A stretch of DNA of 64,000 nt, taken from NCBI GenBank assembly GCA_021781215.1, contig JAJXXC010000004.1:66975-130974 (forward strand), in the 5' to 3' direction. This document shows, piece after piece, positions 1-10,730 of the stretch. Source of the DNA: a bacterium. Its GTDB lineage: Bacteria > Patescibacteriota > Saccharimonadia > Saccharimonadales > DATKHC01. Position 1 is the first letter of the stretch. Each line of letters begins with the position of its first letter. Below the pieces are notes generated by a model, which was not told where the DNA came from, did no database searches, and was given only the letters and a program-made list of their open reading frames with translations. A program made the position numbers and the translations under genes.

Positions 1-2050
1 GATAAGAAATTGTTTTCTTTCCATGTTTACCGGCAATAAAATCATCAATCCACTGCATCGGTCCCGGCCTATAGAGCGCGACCATCGCAATAATATCTTC
101 AAACGACGTTGGCTTAAGTTCTTTCAGGTATCTTTTCATCCCAGCTGATTCAAACTGAAATACTCCGACAGTGTTACCATTTTGAAATAATTTCAAAGTG
201 TCCTTATCTTCTAGTGAGATATCGTTTATATCAATTTCTTTACCAAAAACTTTTTTAACAATTCTAAGCGTATTATTAATTGTTGTTAGGTTGCTAAGCC
301 CCAAAAGATCCATTTTAAGTAACCCAAGCTCTTCAATCGGTCCTAATGAATACTGTGTGCTCACTACGCCCTTCTGAGCCATTTCTAGTGGCGTAAATTT
401 AACTATATCGTCCGGAGCTATAACTATTCCCGCAGCGTGAATCCCATGGCTACGTACCGTTCCTTCGAGCTTTACGGCCAAATCCAGCACTCGTCTACTT
501 GTTGGATTTGAGTCATATTCCTCTTTTAGGTAAGGTTCATCTTTGATTGAGTCAGCTAGTGGTCTATGTCTGCCCTGTATCGGCAGGGGCAACATCTTAG
601 CTAGTCTATCGGCTTCAGCGTATGGGACTTCCAAGACCCTGGATACATCTCTAACCGCATTTCTAGCAAACATACGTCCGAAGGTAGCAATGTTTGCAAC
701 CCTCTCAGTACCATATTTTGTGATACAGTATTGAATTACTTCATCTCGTCTGGAGTCTTGAATATCGATATCAATATCCGGCATGCTAATACGATCCGGA
801 TTCAAGAATCGCTCAAACAACAAATCATATTTGATTGGGTCGAGCTCGGTAATTCTCAGGGCGTAAGCAATAATCGAACCGGCAACACTACCCCTCCCAG
901 GGCCAAAAGCAATACCATTGCTTTTACCCCAATTCACGAAATCGGATATGATCAGAAAATAGCCATTGAATCCCATTCTGTCTATGACCCCAAGCTCATA
1001 TTCGGCTCTTTCAAGAATATTCTTGGGGAGTAATTTCTTTAACTCATTTTCAGTTAATTTATCACTGAATTTTGATTTGTTATATCTACCGACTAAGCCT
1101 TGATAGACTTCGAAACTCAGCTGAATTTTTTCAGTCACTCCTTCTGGTAAACTAAATTTCGGAATTAAAATTTTATCGAACTCTAATTCTACCTTGCATC
1201 TCTGAGCCAGCTCACGAGTATTATAAATATAGTCAGGGTTCTGATCACCCCATCTAGCTATAATTTCTGATGGCTTAGTTACATGTAGCGGAAAGTCTTT
1301 TAACGACATTCTATTTGTCTGATCTAAATAGCTACCAGTTCCAACACATAACAATACCTCATGAGCTTCTTGATCTTCATGGGTTAGATAATGAGCATCG
1401 CAGGTAACCACAACCTTAATATCTAATTCACCAGCTATTTTAATTACCTGCTTATTTATTCGTCCCTGCTCTTTGTTATACATTGGGTTAGACGGATGAC
1501 CATGGTCTTGGACCTCAAGGTAATAGCGGTCACCAAATAGATTCTTGTAAAACTTTGCGATTTCTACAGCCTGTTTATACTGACCTTCCTTTAGCGCGCT
1601 ACCAATTTCACCACCCATACAGCCACTCAGACAAATTATGCCTTCATTATATTTTTCTAATAAATCGTGGTCTATCCTCGGAAAATAATAAAAACCATCA
1701 ACATTAGCAATTGATGAAAGTTGCATTAGATTTTGATAACCCTTATTGTTCATGGCAATAAGTACTAAGTGAAATCGGATTTTGTCTTTAGAGACTTCTT
1801 TGTCGGTATGCTTTCTTGCTGCAACGTAAGTTTCAATACCAATCAGGGGATTTATATTATTTTTTTTAGCGGCTTTATAAAAATCGACAACACCCGACAT
1901 AGTTCCGTGATCAGTTATGGCAACTGATTTCATGCCCTCAGACTTAACAAAATCAATTAACGGATCAATTTTAGTTAAACCATCGAGAACGCTATATTCG
2001 GTGTGATTATGTAAATGAACATAATCCTGTGTTGTTAACCCCTTCTCCAT
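1..2050 (-). CDS. dnaE: DNA polymerase III alpha subunit, N-terminal part (partial, runs off the window start)
   Basis: Not in the ORF track. Manual minus-strand translation from the ATG at 2050-2048 gives MEKGLTTQDYVHLHNHTEYSVLDG (PHP domain start). Near pos 60-140 it reads ...IIAMVALYRPGPMQWIDDFI (LYRPGPM polymerase motif). The frame stays open to position 1. Confidence 0.85.
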   Translation of the reverse strand, partial: MEKGLTTQDYVHLHNHTEYSVLDGLTKIDPLIDFVKSEGMKSVAITDHGTMSGVVDFYKAAKKNNINPLIGIETYVAARKHTDKEVSKDKIRFHLVLIAMNNKGYQNLMQLSSIANVDGFYYFPRIDHDLLEKYNEGIICLSGCMGGEIGSALKEGQYKQAVEIAKFYKNLFGDRYYLEVQDHGHPSNPMYNKEQGRINKQVIKIAGELDIKVVVTCDAHYLTHEDQEAHEVLLCVGTGSYLDQTNRMSLKDFPLHVTKPSEIIARWGDQNPDYIYNTRELAQRCKVELEFDKILIPKFSLPEGVTEKIQLSFEVYQGLVGRYNKSKFSDKLTENELKKLLPKNILERAEYELGVIDRMGFNGYFLIISDFVNWGKSNGIAFGPGRGSVAGSIIAYALRITELDPIKYDLLFERFLNPDRISMPDIDIDIQDSRRDEVIQYCITKYGTERVANIATFGRMFARNAVRDVSRVLEVPYAEADRLAKMLPLPIQGRHRPLADSIKDEPYLKEEYDSNPTSRRVLDLAVKLEGTVRSHGIHAAGIVIAPDDIVKFTPLEMAQKGVVSTQYSLGPIEELGLLKMDLLGLSNLTTINNTLRIVKKVFGKEIDINDISLEDKDTLKLFQNGNTVGVFQFESAGMKRYLKELKPTSFEDIIAMVALYRPGPMQWIDDFIAGKHGKKTISY

Positions 2051-2144
2051 ACAATAAGATTATCCCTCAATATTGTTTATACTATATCTCTAGTATAGAA
2101 GCCTTTTGCTAATTTTAGATACAAAATATGTTGTTATTTTAAAA

Positions 2145-3596
2145 TTAAAGCTTAAGTTCTTGTCTAATGAGTTTACTAGAAATTTCTGGATCAGCTTTGC
2201 CACTAGATAATTTCATCACCTGACCAACCAAATAGCCAATAGCCTTGTCTTTGCCAGCTACTAAATCAGCGACGGCATCGGGATTCTCGGATATAACTTT
2301 CTGGATTATTGGCAACAAGTCGTCTGAGCCCGATAGCTGGACTAGCTTAAGCTTGTTGGCAATGTCAACTGGTTTTTCTCCATTTAACAGCATTTCTTTC
2401 AGAATTAGTTTAGCTGACGTTGAAGATATAGTATTATCTTCAGTTAACTTTGCTAGTTCAACCATCGATGACTCATTTAGTTTAACTTGGTCCCAAGTAA
2501 ATACTCGATCCGCTACATATCCCTGTACGTCTGATGACAACCAATTGGCAATTTTCTTAGCTGTATGGACAGAATATTTATTAACAATCTCATACATAAA
2601 ATTACCGACCTTTATCTCGCTTAAAAGTGTATCTATGGCCGAATCCTCAATACCGATAGTGCTTAATTTATTACGAATTAATGAAACTGTTATTGGCATT
2701 TCGGATTTAATTTTATTAATTAGTTCCTGATCAAGAATAACTGGCGGAACATCTGGCTCTGGAAAATATCTATAGTCATGAGCATCTTCTTTTGATCTTT
2801 GAGAAAAAGTTCTTTGTTTAGCATCGTCCCAGCCTCTGGTTTCTTGGACTATTTGTTTACCAGATTCCAGCAATTCAATCTGTCTCTTTATTTCATATTC
2901 AACTGCTTTCTCAACACTTTTAAACGAGTTAAGATTTTTAGTTTCAGTCCTAGTGCCAAGTTTTGATTGATCTTTCGATACGCTAACATTTACGTCAAAT
3001 CGCATATTGCCTAGATACATATCTGCATTCGATACGTCGGCATAACGCATAATAAGATTTAATTCCTGGGCATAAGCTCTTGCATCTTCAGCAGTATGAA
3101 TTTCAGGTTCTGAGACAATCTCAAGTAGCGGTACACCTGCTCGATTTAAATCAACTAAACTATAGTCCTTACCAGGTGGATGGATTATTTTACCGGCATC
3201 TTCTTCAATATGAGCTCTAGTTATATTGATAATCTTATTTTCTCCATTGGTTTTGATGCCTACGGATCCGCCCAATATTATTGGCTGACTAAACTGAGTA
3301 ATCTGATAACCTTTTGGAAGATCTGGGTAAAAATAATGTTTTCTGTCGAACTTGGAAAATATTTGCGGCTTTGTGTTTAAGGCAAAGGCAGCTTTTATGC
3401 CAAGATAAATTGCCCTCTCATTCAACACCGGAAGCGCTCCTGGCATACCAAAACAAATATGCGAAGTAGCAATGTTGGGGCGAATGTCACCCTCAGAAAT
3501 TTTTACTGCAGCAAATAGTTTAGTCTTAGTCTTAAGCTGGACATGGCATTCAATACCGATTGTTGGGAAATAGTTGGATGAGTTATTTTTTTTCAT
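2145..3596 (-). CDS. gatB: Asp/Glu-tRNA amidotransferase subunit B
   Basis: 483 aa with an IGIECHVQL N-terminus, a full-length GatB-like sequence and a C-terminal YqeY-like tail; lies in the gatC-gatA-x-gatB operon. Confidence 0.95.
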   Translation of the reverse strand: MKKNNSSNYFPTIGIECHVQLKTKTKLFAAVKISEGDIRPNIATSHICFGMPGALPVLNERAIYLGIKAAFALNTKPQIFSKFDRKHYFYPDLPKGYQITQFSQPIILGGSVGIKTNGENKIINITRAHIEEDAGKIIHPPGKDYSLVDLNRAGVPLLEIVSEPEIHTAEDARAYAQELNLIMRYADVSNADMYLGNMRFDVNVSVSKDQSKLGTRTETKNLNSFKSVEKAVEYEIKRQIELLESGKQIVQETRGWDDAKQRTFSQRSKEDAHDYRYFPEPDVPPVILDQELINKIKSEMPITVSLIRNKLSTIGIEDSAIDTLLSEIKVGNFMYEIVNKYSVHTAKKIANWLSSDVQGYVADRVFTWDQVKLNESSMVELAKLTEDNTISSTSAKLILKEMLLNGEKPVDIANKLKLVQLSGSDDLLPIIQKVISENPDAVADLVAGKDKAIGYLVGQVMKLSSGKADPEISSKLIRQELKL

Positions 3597-4011
3597 CTGA
3601 TGGTAACGCTCCCAAATCTCTTAATGCTTGTCTAAATCCTAGCAATGCTTTCTTAACATCAGTTTCAGTTAGTACTACCTTCTTGCTGCTATCAATCTTT
3701 TTAAATATCTTATAGCTTACCCATAGACTATCATTATCTGAAAATGTCCTCTGTCCATTAGTTAATTTTTCGCCCATATTTTTGCCTTTAAATTTTCGTC
3801 TGACAACTGCTTTTTTAAGTAAAAGCTCTGATTCAACTATAGCTTTTGACCATGACTCTTTGTTTGAGCATAAGGACTGAATATAAATCCATTTTTTAAT
3901 AAATTTCTTATTATTCAGTTTCTTTGGGAAATATTTATATATCAAAATACATACAAATAAAAAGAATGTAAGCGATAAAGCTATTGAAGTATTGCCGTTT
4001 AAGCTCATCAT
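3583..4011 (-). CDS. hypothetical small membrane-anchored protein inserted between gatA and gatB
   Basis: 142 aa with one N-terminal hydrophobic helix (ALSLTFFLFVCILIY). Its start overlaps the gatA stop (ATGA) and its end overlaps the gatB start by 14 nt. Confidence 0.5.
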   Translation of the reverse strand: MMSLNGNTSIALSLTFFLFVCILIYKYFPKKLNNKKFIKKWIYIQSLCSNKESWSKAIVESELLLKKAVVRRKFKGKNMGEKLTNGQRTFSDNDSLWVSYKIFKKIDSSKKVVLTETDVKKALLGFRQALRDLGALPSDEKK

Positions 4012-5432
4012 ATACTTCCCTCTAAGGCGTTGGCAAAATTAATTAGATCAGCATCGTGCTTTTGGTCAGCCATGATTTGAATACCAATCGGCAAACTATT
4101 GCCTACGTTAGCCGGAATACTGATTGCGGGAATCCCAACCAGACTGGCCCCAACAGTTAAAACATCGGTTAAGTACATCTTCATACTGTCATCAACGTTT
4201 TCACCGATTGCAAATGCAACATCGGGTGCCGTAGGTGTAATAATAAAATCACATTTTTTAAATGCCTGGTTATATTCTTCAATTAATTTAGTTCTTAGTT
4301 TTTGAGCTTGATTATAATATGCGTCATAATAGCCACTACTTAGCACATAGGTGCCAAGCATAATCCGACGTTTGGCTTCCCTTCCGAAACCCAAACTTCT
4401 GGTTTTATTATATGACTCTTCTAAAGTAGTAGCTTTGGAATCTGAAAAACCATACCTAGTTCCATCATACCTGCTAAGATTACTGCTAATCTCTGCTGGA
4501 GCAATAATATAGTAACAAGCCAGAGAATACTCAATTAACGGAAAAGAGACCTCAATAACGTTAGCACCAAGTGATTTTAGGGTTTCAATAGTTTGTCCAA
4601 ATTTTGTTTGAACAGGTTTAGATATATCCGAACCTTCAAATTCTTTAACCACACCAATGGTTTTACCCTTTAGACTATATTTATCTGGGATAAAGTCGTA
4701 AGAATCTAATTTAATAGTAGTGCTGTCTAGTGTATCTTGACCAGCAATTACTTCCATTACAATAGCGGTATCTCTAACATTTTTAGTTATCGGACCGATT
4801 ACGTCAGTACTGCTTGCCATAGCAATAACTCCGTTTCGTGAGACCAAACCATAGGTTGGTTTAAATCCAACCGCGCCGCAAAAAGATGCTGGCAAACGAA
4901 TCGAACCACCAGTATCGGTGCCAAGAGCAAACGGAGCCATATCCAAAATGACAGCGGCAGCTGAACCACCGCTACTTCCACCTGGTACTAATTTTTTGTT
5001 ATGTGGGTTTTTAGTAACCATAAAATCACTATTTTCAGTGCTAGATCCATGGGCAAATGCATCCAAGTTAGCCTTAGCTACACAAATAGCCCCCTCGGCT
5101 TCTAGTCTCTCGATAACTGTTGCCTGATACGGAGCTACAAAACCTTTTAATATATTACTAGCGGCTGTTGTGGCTGACCCAAATGTAAGCATATTATCCT
5201 TAGCAATAAATGGAACGCCTGCCAGTCTGCCAACTTTTTCACCCTTAACAATTCTTGCATCAATCGACTTAGCTCTTTCGATAGCCCTGTCTTTAATTAC
5301 CGAAATAATTGCATCATAGTCACTCTTGTCCTCAATCGTTGCTAAGGATTTCTCTACCAAAGATAGCGCAGTAGTTTTACCTGAGTTCACCTCATTAGCA
5401 ATAAGATCTATATCTTTCCATTGACTCATCAT
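4008..5432 (-). CDS. gatA: Glu-tRNA(Gln) amidotransferase subunit A
   Basis: 474 aa carrying the amidase signature GGSSGGSAAAV and GTDTGGSIRLPA. Confidence 0.95.
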   Translation of the reverse strand: MMSQWKDIDLIANEVNSGKTTALSLVEKSLATIEDKSDYDAIISVIKDRAIERAKSIDARIVKGEKVGRLAGVPFIAKDNMLTFGSATTAASNILKGFVAPYQATVIERLEAEGAICVAKANLDAFAHGSSTENSDFMVTKNPHNKKLVPGGSSGGSAAAVILDMAPFALGTDTGGSIRLPASFCGAVGFKPTYGLVSRNGVIAMASSTDVIGPITKNVRDTAIVMEVIAGQDTLDSTTIKLDSYDFIPDKYSLKGKTIGVVKEFEGSDISKPVQTKFGQTIETLKSLGANVIEVSFPLIEYSLACYYIIAPAEISSNLSRYDGTRYGFSDSKATTLEESYNKTRSLGFGREAKRRIMLGTYVLSSGYYDAYYNQAQKLRTKLIEEYNQAFKKCDFIITPTAPDVAFAIGENVDDSMKMYLTDVLTVGASLVGIPAISIPANVGNSLPIGIQIMADQKHDADLINFANALEGSI

Positions 5433-5719
5433 AAAACTCGTTTTACCTTAATATAATTATTTTCAACATCAGGCACATTCTTCATTAAGTCTTCAGTTGA
5501 AATTCTATAATCAATCTCCTCGTCAGGCCTCATAACGTTAGAAAGACCTGTAACCTGATAAGTCGGCTCAGTATTTGCAAGATTTAGTGCCTGCAACTGG
5601 CTAACATAATTTAGGATTACTTCAATTTCTCCAACCAAACTTTTCACATCGGATTCTGTAACCAAAATATTGGAAAGTTTAGCCAATTTAAATATATCGT
5701 CCTTAGTCAGTTTAGTCAT
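5429..5719 (-). CDS. gatC: Asp/Glu-tRNA amidotransferase subunit C
   Basis: 96 aa GatC-like sequence (LAKLSNI...SVGEI..IL.YV) with a 4-nt overlap onto gatA. Confidence 0.9.
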   Translation of the reverse strand: MTKLTKDDIFKLAKLSNILVTESDVKSLVGEIEVILNYVSQLQALNLANTEPTYQVTGLSNVMRPDEEIDYRISTEDLMKNVPDVENNYIKVKRVL

Positions 5720-5767
5720 TTACGAAAATTATACACTTAACAGTAGTCATATTCAATTAAACGACCA

Positions 5768-7732
5768 CTAAATCTTAGATTTAAGGTCATTAATCATATC
5801 TCTAAATTCAGCAGCTTGTTCAAACTGAAGATTAGCCGATGCTAATTCCATCTGTAGAGTAAGCTCTTTTATTAAATGCCCGTACTCGTCTTTTGGAATT
5901 TTCTTCAAATCAAGCTTCGGTTTATCTTTGTTGATTTCCAAATTTTTTCTCATAGTCTCATCGATTGCACGAGTAATACCGATAGGAGTTATGTGGTGTT
6001 TTTTATTATATTCAGTTTGCAATTCTCTTCTAGAATTTGTTTTATCAATTGTTGCCTGCATACTCTTGGTAATCTTATCTCCGTACATGATAACCCTACC
6101 ATCAATATGTCTAGCAGCACGGCCGACTGTTTGAATCAATGCTTGTTCACTACGTAAGAAACCTTCTTTGTCAGCATCTAAGATTGCCACTAAACTAACC
6201 TCAGGAAGATCTAAGCCTTCCCTAAGTAAGTTAATACCAACCACAACATCGTAAACCCCCATACGTAAGTCTCGCAAGATGTCGGTACGATCCATTGTAT
6301 CTACGTCACTATGTATATATGTGACCTTAATACCTATCTCCTTCAAATAATCGGTTAGGTCTTCGGCCATTCTTTTAGTAAGAGTAGTGACCAATACTCT
6401 TTGGTGTTTCTTTATGGTGATATTTATCTCAGATATAAGGTCATCAACCTGATGGGTGGTTGGCTTGACATTAATGATAGGATCGATGAGTCCAGTAGGT
6501 CTAATTAGCTGTTCTACTACCGCCTCACTTCTGCTTAATTCATATTCAGCCGGTGTGGCACTAACATAGACTACTTTGTTCATATGTTTTTCAAATTCTA
6601 TAAATGTTAGTGGTCGATTATCTAGGGCACTGGGTAACCTAAAACCATATTCAACCAGAGATTCTTTCCTCGCCCTATCGCCGTTATACATACCACGGAT
6701 TTGAGGTATGGTCATATGCGACTCATCAATAATTAATAAATAATCATCTGGGAAATAATCCAATAAGGTTGCAGGCTGTTCGCCTGGCTCACGGTTAGTT
6801 AAATATCTACTATAATTTTCTATGCCTTTTACAAACCCTGTCTCTTCCATCATTTCCAAGTCAAAATTAGTTCTTTGCTCTATTCTCTGAGCTTCAATTA
6901 GTTTAGACTCTTTTTGAAACTGCAATACTCGCTGATCCAACTCTTGTCTTATCTGTGATAAAGATTTCTTTAGTTTTGATTCAGCAGTGACATAATGGCT
7001 GCTAGGAAAAATTACCAGTTGATTAATTTTTGCTATAACTTCACCAGTTAAGGGATTAATTTTAGTAATGCCATCAATATGGTCTCCAAAGAAATCTATT
7101 CTATATGCAAGTTCTTCGGCAGCTGGAAAAATATCCACGACGTCACCCTTGACTCTGAATACTCCTCGATGGAAATCAATATCATTTCTTTGATACTGAA
7201 TATCGGTCAATTGCCTCAACAGTTTATCCCGATTACGAATTTCATTGATTTCAACTCTAACGGCCAAGGAGTCATAATCTTCAACTGAACCAATGCCATA
7301 AATACATGAGACTGATGCAACGATAATTACATCCTTCTTAGTCAATAAAGCATCCGTGGCTGCATGCCTTAAGCGATCAATCTCTTCATTTATTTGACTA
7401 TCTTTTTCAATGTAAGTATCAGTTCTAGGTATGTAGGCCTCTGGTTGATAATAATCAAAGTAACTAACAAAATAGTGTACCGAGTTGTCGGGAAAAAAAT
7501 TCTTAAACTCATTGTATAGTTGAGCCGCAAGAGTTTTGTTATGACTGATTACTAATGTGGGTTTTTGGATATTCTGAATTACATTAGCTATCGTATATGT
7601 CTTGCCCGACCCAGTAACACCGAGTAACACCTGTTGCTTAACGTCATGCTTCAAATTATCAGTCAATGCCTTAATCGCCTCGGGTTGGTCTCCTGCAGGT
7701 TTATAATCGGAATTTAATTTAAACTCATCCAT
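5768..7732 (-). CDS. uvrB: excinuclease ABC subunit B
   Basis: 654 aa with Walker A GVTGSGKT, helicase motifs (DESH), and a C-terminal UVR domain (FEQAAEFRD). Confidence 0.95.
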   Translation of the reverse strand: MDEFKLNSDYKPAGDQPEAIKALTDNLKHDVKQQVLLGVTGSGKTYTIANVIQNIQKPTLVISHNKTLAAQLYNEFKNFFPDNSVHYFVSYFDYYQPEAYIPRTDTYIEKDSQINEEIDRLRHAATDALLTKKDVIIVASVSCIYGIGSVEDYDSLAVRVEINEIRNRDKLLRQLTDIQYQRNDIDFHRGVFRVKGDVVDIFPAAEELAYRIDFFGDHIDGITKINPLTGEVIAKINQLVIFPSSHYVTAESKLKKSLSQIRQELDQRVLQFQKESKLIEAQRIEQRTNFDLEMMEETGFVKGIENYSRYLTNREPGEQPATLLDYFPDDYLLIIDESHMTIPQIRGMYNGDRARKESLVEYGFRLPSALDNRPLTFIEFEKHMNKVVYVSATPAEYELSRSEAVVEQLIRPTGLIDPIINVKPTTHQVDDLISEINITIKKHQRVLVTTLTKRMAEDLTDYLKEIGIKVTYIHSDVDTMDRTDILRDLRMGVYDVVVGINLLREGLDLPEVSLVAILDADKEGFLRSEQALIQTVGRAARHIDGRVIMYGDKITKSMQATIDKTNSRRELQTEYNKKHHITPIGITRAIDETMRKNLEINKDKPKLDLKKIPKDEYGHLIKELTLQMELASANLQFEQAAEFRDMINDLKSKI

Positions 7733-7775
7733 AGCTACTTAGTTTAGACGAATTCAAAGGCAAAGAACAGCTACA

Positions 7776-8426
7776 CTAACCAGCGTGCAAACTATTTCGG
7801 TCCTTTTCGTTAAGATACCAAAACTGATCGTGGTTTTTCAGATGTTCTTTAAGGTCACTATATTTTTCGTCCAGTTTTTTGATTATCATATCGACTAGTT
7901 CTTTTGGGTCATGGCTATATAAAACCAAGTCTCTATGAGGAGGCTCTAAGCTATCCATAAGTTTTGGTATCCAGTCAGCAGTACCACCACTCCCAAGCAA
8001 TACACCACAGGGTTTATTATTTTCTAACGCAGAAGTAAATTCATGTAATGAGCCGAATCTACCACCAACGGTAATAACGGCATCACTTGATTGAACTAAA
8101 TATAAATCTCTGCCGACATAATGCATGCCAGTAAAATTGATAAAATCATAACACTCAAACGGAAGCCTATACTTACGCAAATGCTCTCTTAAGGATACTG
8201 CTGGCGAGAAACCAATACTTTTACCACCCATTTTGGTAGCAGCTACAGCGGCAAAAAAAGGTAAGCCGACAGTTGCACCAGTAGTTAGAGTCTGGCCCCT
8301 GGCAGCAATTTCACTGCCCAACTCCGCGGCTTTTCTTTTAGAATATTCAATAGTTGGGCCATATGCAGCACCGGAAACGCATATAGAATAGACTATTTCT
8401 AATTTCTTTTTGTCTTTTGGAATCAT
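7776..8426 (-). CDS. LOG/SLOG-fold (TIGR00725-like) Rossmann protein
   Basis: 216 aa with TTGATVGLP and VGGRFGSLHEF motifs typical of the LOG/DprA-like SLOG fold. Assignment is by motif recognition only. Confidence 0.6.
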   Translation of the reverse strand: MIPKDKKKLEIVYSICVSGAAYGPTIEYSKRKAAELGSEIAARGQTLTTGATVGLPFFAAVAATKMGGKSIGFSPAVSLREHLRKYRLPFECYDFINFTGMHYVGRDLYLVQSSDAVITVGGRFGSLHEFTSALENNKPCGVLLGSGGTADWIPKLMDSLEPPHRDLVLYSHDPKELVDMIIKKLDEKYSDLKEHLKNHDQFWYLNEKDRNSLHAG

Positions 8427-9685
8427 GAATATACAACCCTATTTTTAAAAATTTGTAAAGATTCGTTACCTTCTAATTTACCTGATATTTGTTTTGAAAG
8501 CTGATTGCTGCATTCACCAGATTCAAAATATTTAGCAATTAAAGCACTGCTAACGGCTTCCTGCATGAAAAGATTACTACTATCTTTCAGCGACAACCGA
8601 TTATAGCCGTTATAGCAGACGTCTAAAAGATTAAAAGAAACTGTCTCGTCATTATCAATGTAGCCCAATTTATCAGTATCAAACCAAAAATGAAGAGCTG
8701 GCTCAATGTTCATTAATATTTTATTTAACTGGTTGTCATTAGATGGACTTTGTTGCAAAATAATATCTTCTCGTTCATCCTCGGATAATGTACTTAGTTG
8801 TTTGGTGAAATCGGCGATAGAATCCCACGAGAAACCGTACTTTGAAACATAGAAATCAATTAGCTCCGTATTCTTAAAAAGCGTGGAAATTGTTGCACCT
8901 AGATGTGAATTAAACTGTTGATTTTGAATAAACTTACTAAATCTAACCATTAATTTTAATTGGTGAATAATATATGCATAAGTAAGTATAGAGAATCCAA
9001 TTGTGAGCCTAGAATTTAAGGGAATAATTAAAATCTGTCCTATATTCTCGAGCGAGATAACACTATGTTTATTTAACTTGAGAATAGCCTTTGAAATCTT
9101 TTGAAATTTTGGATTGTTTAAAACTATCAGTTCTATTTTTTTATACTCAAAGTCACTAATCGACAATTCCTTTAATAGGTCGAGATAACTTCTTTTCCAT
9201 TCTTCTGATTCAATATAATAAGCTACGGATAGTACAATTCTTGGATTCTCATTTTTTAACATTGAACTAAGTGATCTATGTCCCAAAAGCACAGACGTTT
9301 TAAGTGGTTGATTTTTAGCCAATATCTTTCTGATAACACTAGGCTTAAGGCTAAATACACTTTGAGCATTAACTGGCTGGTTAAATGTTGCAACGATTTT
9401 ATCCAATGTATCGGATAGTGGTGATTCATACTTAAGATTATTTTTTTTAACTATAAAATTATCGTGTAGTATGAATAAATTATTCAAGGCATGGTATAGC
9501 TCTGGAGCCGTAGTATCGCTTGGGTTAAGACCTAGAGATTTGATTTTATGATTAGTCGCTATTTTAATATCTGATAGTAATTTCAAATCATTGGATTTAT
9601 GACCCGAAACAAACTCCATGTCTTCAATAAATTTTTTAAAACCGCTTGTTTCTTTTGATAATAAATTCGCTAAGAATGTCGACAT
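8423..9685 (-). CDS. hypothetical protein (420 aa), translationally coupled to the SLOG-fold gene
   Basis: Long uninterrupted ORF with a 4-nt overlap onto the downstream gene; no recognisable motif. Confidence 0.5.
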   Translation of the reverse strand: MSTFLANLLSKETSGFKKFIEDMEFVSGHKSNDLKLLSDIKIATNHKIKSLGLNPSDTTAPELYHALNNLFILHDNFIVKKNNLKYESPLSDTLDKIVATFNQPVNAQSVFSLKPSVIRKILAKNQPLKTSVLLGHRSLSSMLKNENPRIVLSVAYYIESEEWKRSYLDLLKELSISDFEYKKIELIVLNNPKFQKISKAILKLNKHSVISLENIGQILIIPLNSRLTIGFSILTYAYIIHQLKLMVRFSKFIQNQQFNSHLGATISTLFKNTELIDFYVSKYGFSWDSIADFTKQLSTLSEDEREDIILQQSPSNDNQLNKILMNIEPALHFWFDTDKLGYIDNDETVSFNLLDVCYNGYNRLSLKDSSNLFMQEAVSSALIAKYFESGECSNQLSKQISGKLEGNESLQIFKNRVVYS

Positions 9686-9728
9686 ATTACTATAAGCATA
9701 ACATGTTTAACTCTGTATTTGTCTATAA

Positions 9729-10730
9729 TTAAAAGCTTTCGATTCTATAATCAGCAGGAGCTTTTTTAAGTAATTCGGCAAGTTCGTTTTCATTTAATAG
9801 ACCTTCTTGGGCTCCAATATGTTGAACTACATTCATGGAACTAATTGGTGCAAGCTGCAATGCGGCTTCAAGATCATACCCCTTGATAAGTGCTGCCACT
9901 AGAGTAGATGCAAATGCATCGCCTGCCCCGGTTCGCTCATAAGGCGGTTTGGGGTCTGGATACACCGGCACTTTTAATCTTTTTTTACCATCACTCGCAT
10001 AAGCACCTGCAGGGCCGTCAGTAATAACTGCCGTTTTAGGCCCATAGCTGTGTAGAGTATCTAGTAATCCATGAAGGTTATCATAGCTTCCACCGGTTAA
10101 TTGCACTGCCTCTTCTCGATTCAAGACCAGCACCTCGGTATTCTTATATAGTGCCTTTAGTCTTTCGTAACCTGCTTCCAGCTGAAAGGTACCTGGCTGT
10201 AGGGCAAGCTTAACCATCTTATTGTCTTCCAGCCAGTCGGCGAGTTGATCATTGTATTCAAGAGCACTACCTGCAACCGAACTAAAATATATCCATTTAG
10301 GAATCTCTGTTTCTCTCAAATGAGGCCAATGATATTCGTATGTCTCGTGCTTAATCAATATCGTTCGTTCTTCTTTGTACCATAAGACATAGTGATAATT
10401 GCTTAACTTATCGGGGCTAATGCTGACGAACCTAGTGTCCACCTTATTTTTAGCCAAGGCATTTATAATGTCTCTTCCGAACTGGTCACCCCCAACGTTA
10501 CTAACAAATCCAGTAACTAGACCAAATTTAGCAAAATTTACAGCAGCATTACTAGCATTACCTACAGCCTCAACAATATAAGCATGGTCATATGGTATTT
10601 TTGTCCCATATGCTACAGCTAGCCATTTACCTTTCTCGTCCTGAAACGAGCGAGCACCATCATCAAATAATTTAATAAATGCGTCTGTGACAACATCGCC
10701 TACAGCCAATACATCAAATCTACCTGGCAT
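9729..10730 (-). CDS. PfkB-family carbohydrate kinase
   Basis: 333 aa with the C-terminal TGAGDAF motif of the ribokinase/PfkB family; adjacent to the aldolase gene. Confidence 0.85.
   Translation of the reverse strand: MPGRFDVLAVGDVVTDAFIKLFDDGARSFQDEKGKWLAVAYGTKIPYDHAYIVEAVGNASNAAVNFAKFGLVTGFVSNVGGDQFGRDIINALAKNKVDTRFVSISPDKLSNYHYVLWYKEERTILIKHETYEYHWPHLRETEIPKWIYFSSVAGSALEYNDQLADWLEDNKMVKLALQPGTFQLEAGYERLKALYKNTEVLVLNREEAVQLTGGSYDNLHGLLDTLHSYGPKTAVITDGPAGAYASDGKKRLKVPVYPDPKPPYERTGAGDAFASTLVAALIKGYDLEAALQLAPISSMNVVQHIGAQEGLLNENELAELLKKAPADYRIESF

Noticed and set aside
543-1033. Two + strand ORFs in the track (543..734 and 731..1033)
   Set aside because: They lie antisense to a continuous minus-strand frame that encodes recognisable DnaE sequence (LYRPGPM, PHP domain). 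Their low-complexity products have no motifs.
2245-2730. 161-aa + strand ORF, and the many similar 60-115 aa ORFs antisense to gatB, gatA, uvrB, gap, pheT, MMPL, relA and others
   Set aside because: Each is fully nested antisense within a strongly supported conserved gene. Such ORFs are typical shadow ORFs in AT-rich DNA.
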